In this document: positions 52,339 through 56,828 of the stretch, in pieces
How positions within the stretch are numbered: the stretch's first letter is position 1
Layout: every line of letters starts with the position of its first letter
DNA from: a candidate division WOR-3 bacterium
GTDB taxonomy: Bacteria > Hydrothermota > Hydrothermia > JBDRYB01
Direction of reading: 5' to 3'
Assembly: GCA_039803205.1 (NCBI GenBank)
Contig: JBDRYB010000010.1
Span: 1-56,828 of the forward strand
DNA length: 56,828 bases
The notes under the pieces: generated by a model
What the model saw: only the letters and a program-made list of their open reading frames with translations
Told to the model about the DNA's origin: nothing
Databases searched by the model: none
Made by a program: the position numbers and the translations under genes

Positions 52339-52657
52339 CTCACCCAACCCGCTTTCAACCCCTTCTAAGTCCTTGGCTGACAAGGAGTTCGGTGCAAGTT
52401 CCTATGGCCCAAGAACTTAGCTAATCTAGATCGTGAAATTCCCTGATTTTATCGCTAAGATCTGGATTGATGGTTTTGGGGGTTCCGGAGGCCAAAAATG
52501 CCGGTTCCCGGCCCAGCTAGGGCCAAAACAGGGGTAAAGCAGTATCAAAATACCAATAATTACCAGTAGAATTATGCTATCGCTGATGTGGTGCGGGTTC
52601 TATGGCCTAATAAGGGAACCCAAAATTCAGGTGCAGGTAGTAGAAAAGTTGGCCTCT
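52339..52657. repeat. Dispersed ~320-bp non-coding element, copy B
   Basis: Collinear with 24875-25194, same orientation. Confidence 0.9.
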
Positions 52658-52733
52658 GAGATGGCCTCAGAATAAAATGTTCACCTCCCATGAAAGATTG
52701 AAAAGGAGGCTGAGGCCTCGTGCAACTATACGC

Positions 52734-54503
52734 TCACCCCTCCCTCGCCTTCATCACCTCAAGGAAGGCCTCCGGGGGCACATCAACCTTCCCTATCCTC
52801 TTCATCCTGCGTTTGCCCTCCTTCTGGCGTTCAAGCAGTTTTCGCTTCCTAGTTATGTCTCCTCCGTAGCACTTCGCGGTAACATCCTTTCTGAGAGGCG
52901 CTATCCGCTCCCTGGCTATTATCCTCCCGCCTATGGCGGCCTGAATCACGACCTCAAAAAGGTGCCTGGGTATCTGGGACCTCAGCTTCTCGCATATTGC
53001 CTTACCCATCCTATATGCCCTGTCCCTGTGGACTACTGCGGAGAAGGCATCGATCCTCTCGCCGGCAACCAGAATGTCAAGCCGAACCAGGTCTGAGGCC
53101 CTCCAGCCCACGAGGTCGTAGTCCATTGAAGCATAGCCCCTTGAGGCGCTTTTGAGCTTATCAAAGAAGTCATAGATTACCTCTGAGAGGGGTATCTCAT
53201 ACTCAAGTGTAGCCAGACCAGGGTCAAGGAAAGAGAATCCCTTTTGCTCTCCCCTCCTTGACTGAGCGAGCTCCATCACGGGGCCGATGTACTCCGTTGG
53301 CGTGACTATCTGCAATCTGACATATGGTTCTTCGGCTACTGCCGGGTCATCCGGAAAATCCGATGGTTTCTCAACATGAATGATCTCGCCTCGCTTTGTT
53401 TTTACCCTGTAATGAACGGTTGGGGTCGCGAGGACTATCTCAAGCCCGAACTCCCTTCTGAGGCGCTCGGTCGTTATCTCCATGTGAAGCATTCCGAGAA
53501 AGCCGCACCTGTAGCCAGGGCCTATTGCTGGGGAGTGCTCTCCAATGAATGAAAGCGCCGCGTCCTGGAGCTTCAGCTTCTCAAGTGCCTTCGTCAGCTC
53601 GGGAAAATCCCCCGGAACAACAGGGTATATCCCGGCATAGACCATCGGCTTCGCCTCACGGTAGCCCGGGAGGGGTTCTGTATCAGGGTATCTGGCATCA
53701 ATTATCGTGTCCCCAACCCTGGCCTCGGATATGTCCCTTACCGCTGAGACGAGATAGCCGACATCTCCAGCCGAAAGGACATCCGTTTTCTGCATATAAG
53801 GCTTGAAGAACCCGAGCTCTGTGACCTCGTATTCCCTTCCGGTTGAGGCAAAGGCTATCCTCATCCCGGGCCTTATTTCGCCGTCAAATACCCTAATGTA
53901 TGGGATAACTCCCCTGTAATCATCGTAGACAGCGTCAAATATGAGCGCCCTCAGGGGCGCGATTGGATTTCCTTTTGGTGGAGGGACCCTCTGGATTATA
54001 AGATCGAGGAGCTCCCTGACCCCATGCCCTTCTTTCGCTGAGATAAACTGAACATCAACATCACCCATTATCTCCTTTATTTGGCCAGCAACCCGCTCCG
54101 GATCAGCGCTCGGGAGATCTATCTTGTTCACAACGGGGATTACCTCAAGGTCAGCATCCAGCGCGAGGTAAAGGTTTGAAATGGTCTGTGCCTCAACCCC
54201 CTGAGTAGCATCAACCAGGAGAAGCGCGCCCTCAACCGCCGCGAGGGAACGGGACACCTCGTATGTGAAATCAACATGTCCAGGGGTATCTATTAGATTG
54301 AGGATATAGCCCCTATATTCCATCCGGACCGGCTTCATCTTTATGGTTATGCCTCGCTCGCGCTCGAGGTCCATGAAATCCAGGGTCTGCTCCGTCATCT
54401 CCTCTGGCCTCAGGGTTCCGGTTATCTCAAGGAACCTGTCCGCGAGGGTGCTCTTTCCGTGGTCAATGTGAGCGATAATGGAGAAGTTTCGCGTCCGGTT
54501 CAC
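52734..54503 (-). CDS. lepA: Elongation factor 4 (LepA)
   Basis: RNFSIIAHIDHGKSTLADR, LERERGITIK, DTPGHVDF, RKDVTAKCYGGDITRKRKLLE; GTG start 54503. Confidence 0.97.
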   Translation of the reverse strand: MNRTRNFSIIAHIDHGKSTLADRFLEITGTLRPEEMTEQTLDFMDLERERGITIKMKPVRMEYRGYILNLIDTPGHVDFTYEVSRSLAAVEGALLLVDATQGVEAQTISNLYLALDADLEVIPVVNKIDLPSADPERVAGQIKEIMGDVDVQFISAKEGHGVRELLDLIIQRVPPPKGNPIAPLRALIFDAVYDDYRGVIPYIRVFDGEIRPGMRIAFASTGREYEVTELGFFKPYMQKTDVLSAGDVGYLVSAVRDISEARVGDTIIDARYPDTEPLPGYREAKPMVYAGIYPVVPGDFPELTKALEKLKLQDAALSFIGEHSPAIGPGYRCGFLGMLHMEITTERLRREFGLEIVLATPTVHYRVKTKRGEIIHVEKPSDFPDDPAVAEEPYVRLQIVTPTEYIGPVMELAQSRRGEQKGFSFLDPGLATLEYEIPLSEVIYDFFDKLKSASRGYASMDYDLVGWRASDLVRLDILVAGERIDAFSAVVHRDRAYRMGKAICEKLRSQIPRHLFEVVIQAAIGGRIIARERIAPLRKDVTAKCYGGDITRKRKLLERQKEGKRRMKRIGKVDVPPEAFLEVMKAREG

Positions 54504-54597
54504 GCTTATATTATCTCGCGGGGGCGAGGCCGTGAGCAACATTTCTGGGCCAACACGATGAACAAGGGCCGCATCAAACTTTATAATTTATTCCTTT

Positions 54598-54671
54598 CGG
54601 GGCGTAGCGCAGATTGGTAGCGCGCATGGTTCGGGACCATGAGGCCCGGGGTTCAAGTCCCCGCGCCCCGA
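54598..54671 (+). tRNA. tRNA-Pro(CGG)
   Basis: CGGGGCG acceptor stem, CATGG-TT CGG GA-CCATG anticodon arm, GGTTCAAGTCC; TATAAT at 54582-54587. Confidence 0.95.
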
Positions 54672-54852
54672 TCCGAAAAAGCGGGCAAAACGCGGAGGAT
54701 CCGAAACTCGCCCGATAGCGTCGTCCTTTAGAGTTGCCGAGCCACTTTAAGCGAGGCAACCGGAACAAGTCCCCGCGCCCCGATCCGAAAAAGCGGGCAA
54801 AACGCGGAGGATCCGAAACTCGCCCGATAGCGTCGTCCTTTAGAGTTGCCGA
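54654..54852 (+). repeat. Exact 87-bp direct repeat (54654-54740 and 54766-54852) including the tRNA-Pro 3' end
   Basis: CAAGTCCCCGCGCCCCGATCC...TTTAGAGTTGCCGA occurs twice, separated by 25 bp. Confidence 0.95.
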
Positions 54853-54886
54853 CACGAGACTTTCCCGAAAAAATTATCCAACACCG

Positions 54887-54923
54887 AAATAAAATAAAAC
54901 CGGGCCCCCGAAGGGGCCCGGTT
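54887..54923 (-). terminator. Rho-independent terminator after 16S rRNA
   Basis: AACCGGGCCCC-UUCG-GGGGCCCGGUU followed by a U-rich tail (UUAUUUUAUUU) on the minus strand. Confidence 0.9.
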
Positions 54924-54962
54924 CAAAAAGGTATGTTTTCCGATGGGAAAGGTATCCGTGTA

Positions 54963-56500
<1,538 letters not shown>

Positions 56501-56550
56501 TAGGAAAGTATTTAGCAAGGGTTTTTGTCCCACCGGAAACATACCCTCTT

Positions 56551-56615
56551 CTTGTCAAAGAGCTAATACCTTCAGCTAGGCCGAATATTATAACCGATTT
56601 GCCGTGGACGATCAA
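56551..56615 (-). promoter_or_regulatory. Sigma70 promoter and boxA for the 16S gene
   Basis: Minus strand TTGATC(56615-56610)-17 nt-TATAAT(56592-56587); boxA-like TAGCTCTTTGACAAG at 56565-56551. Confidence 0.85.
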
Positions 56616-56828
56616 GGCCCCGGGTCAAGCGTGATCCTTCACCCCCCCTGGCCCCTGATTGACCTCATGGTTTATCATTTTGGGCATGAAGGAGAGGGCC
56701 AGAAGAAAGCCCATACTCTGATAGGCTCTGGACCTTGGCTTCTCTCCTCTGGTATTTGGGGCTCTCAGTTGAGAACACGGCTAAGGTGATGAGGGCGATA
56801 ACGGGAAGAAAAGTCTCTCCCTCAGGGG

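Noticed and set aside
54654..54852. Repeat-spacer-repeat as a mini CRISPR array
   Set aside because: The repeat is 87 bp, includes the tRNA 3' end, has only two copies, and no cas genes are present
56620..56828. Partial gene at the right edge
   Set aside because: Short open frames on both strands with no recognisable motif; cannot be supported

Overview
A gene-dense bacterial chromosomal window. It is mostly housekeeping genes: infA, kbl, rnfCDGEA, purM, ogt, folC, rdgB, rpmE, glyA, ftsEX-envC, aroQ and lepA. It also carries three tRNAs and 16S and 23S-5S rRNA genes that are transcribed separately. Outer-membrane genes (TonB receptor, SurA/PpiD, MlaE, Wzi) and secreted FG-GAP/beta-propeller proteins with T9SS-like C-terminal tails point to a diderm. 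A deep-branching lineage such as WOR-3 is my guess only and needs a 16S search. The most striking find is a 617-aa gene (10410-12263) with the motif order of a long prokaryotic Argonaute. Its guide-binding MID pocket is intact, its PIWI catalytic tetrad is degenerate, it has no recognisable effector partner, and it sits as second gene of an apparent kbl operon. Other notable signals: pervasive leaderless genes (-10 box exactly 6 nt before the start codon), ultrashort signal peptides, a Tat-signal PqqD/RRE protein, a ~320-bp dispersed non-coding repeat, an exact 87-bp duplication of the tRNA-Pro 3' end, a single Trp-to-TAG break in a secreted protein, an rnf operon without rnfB, and an unusual U1498A change in 16S rRNA. 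All calls come from visual motif recognition; no searches were run.
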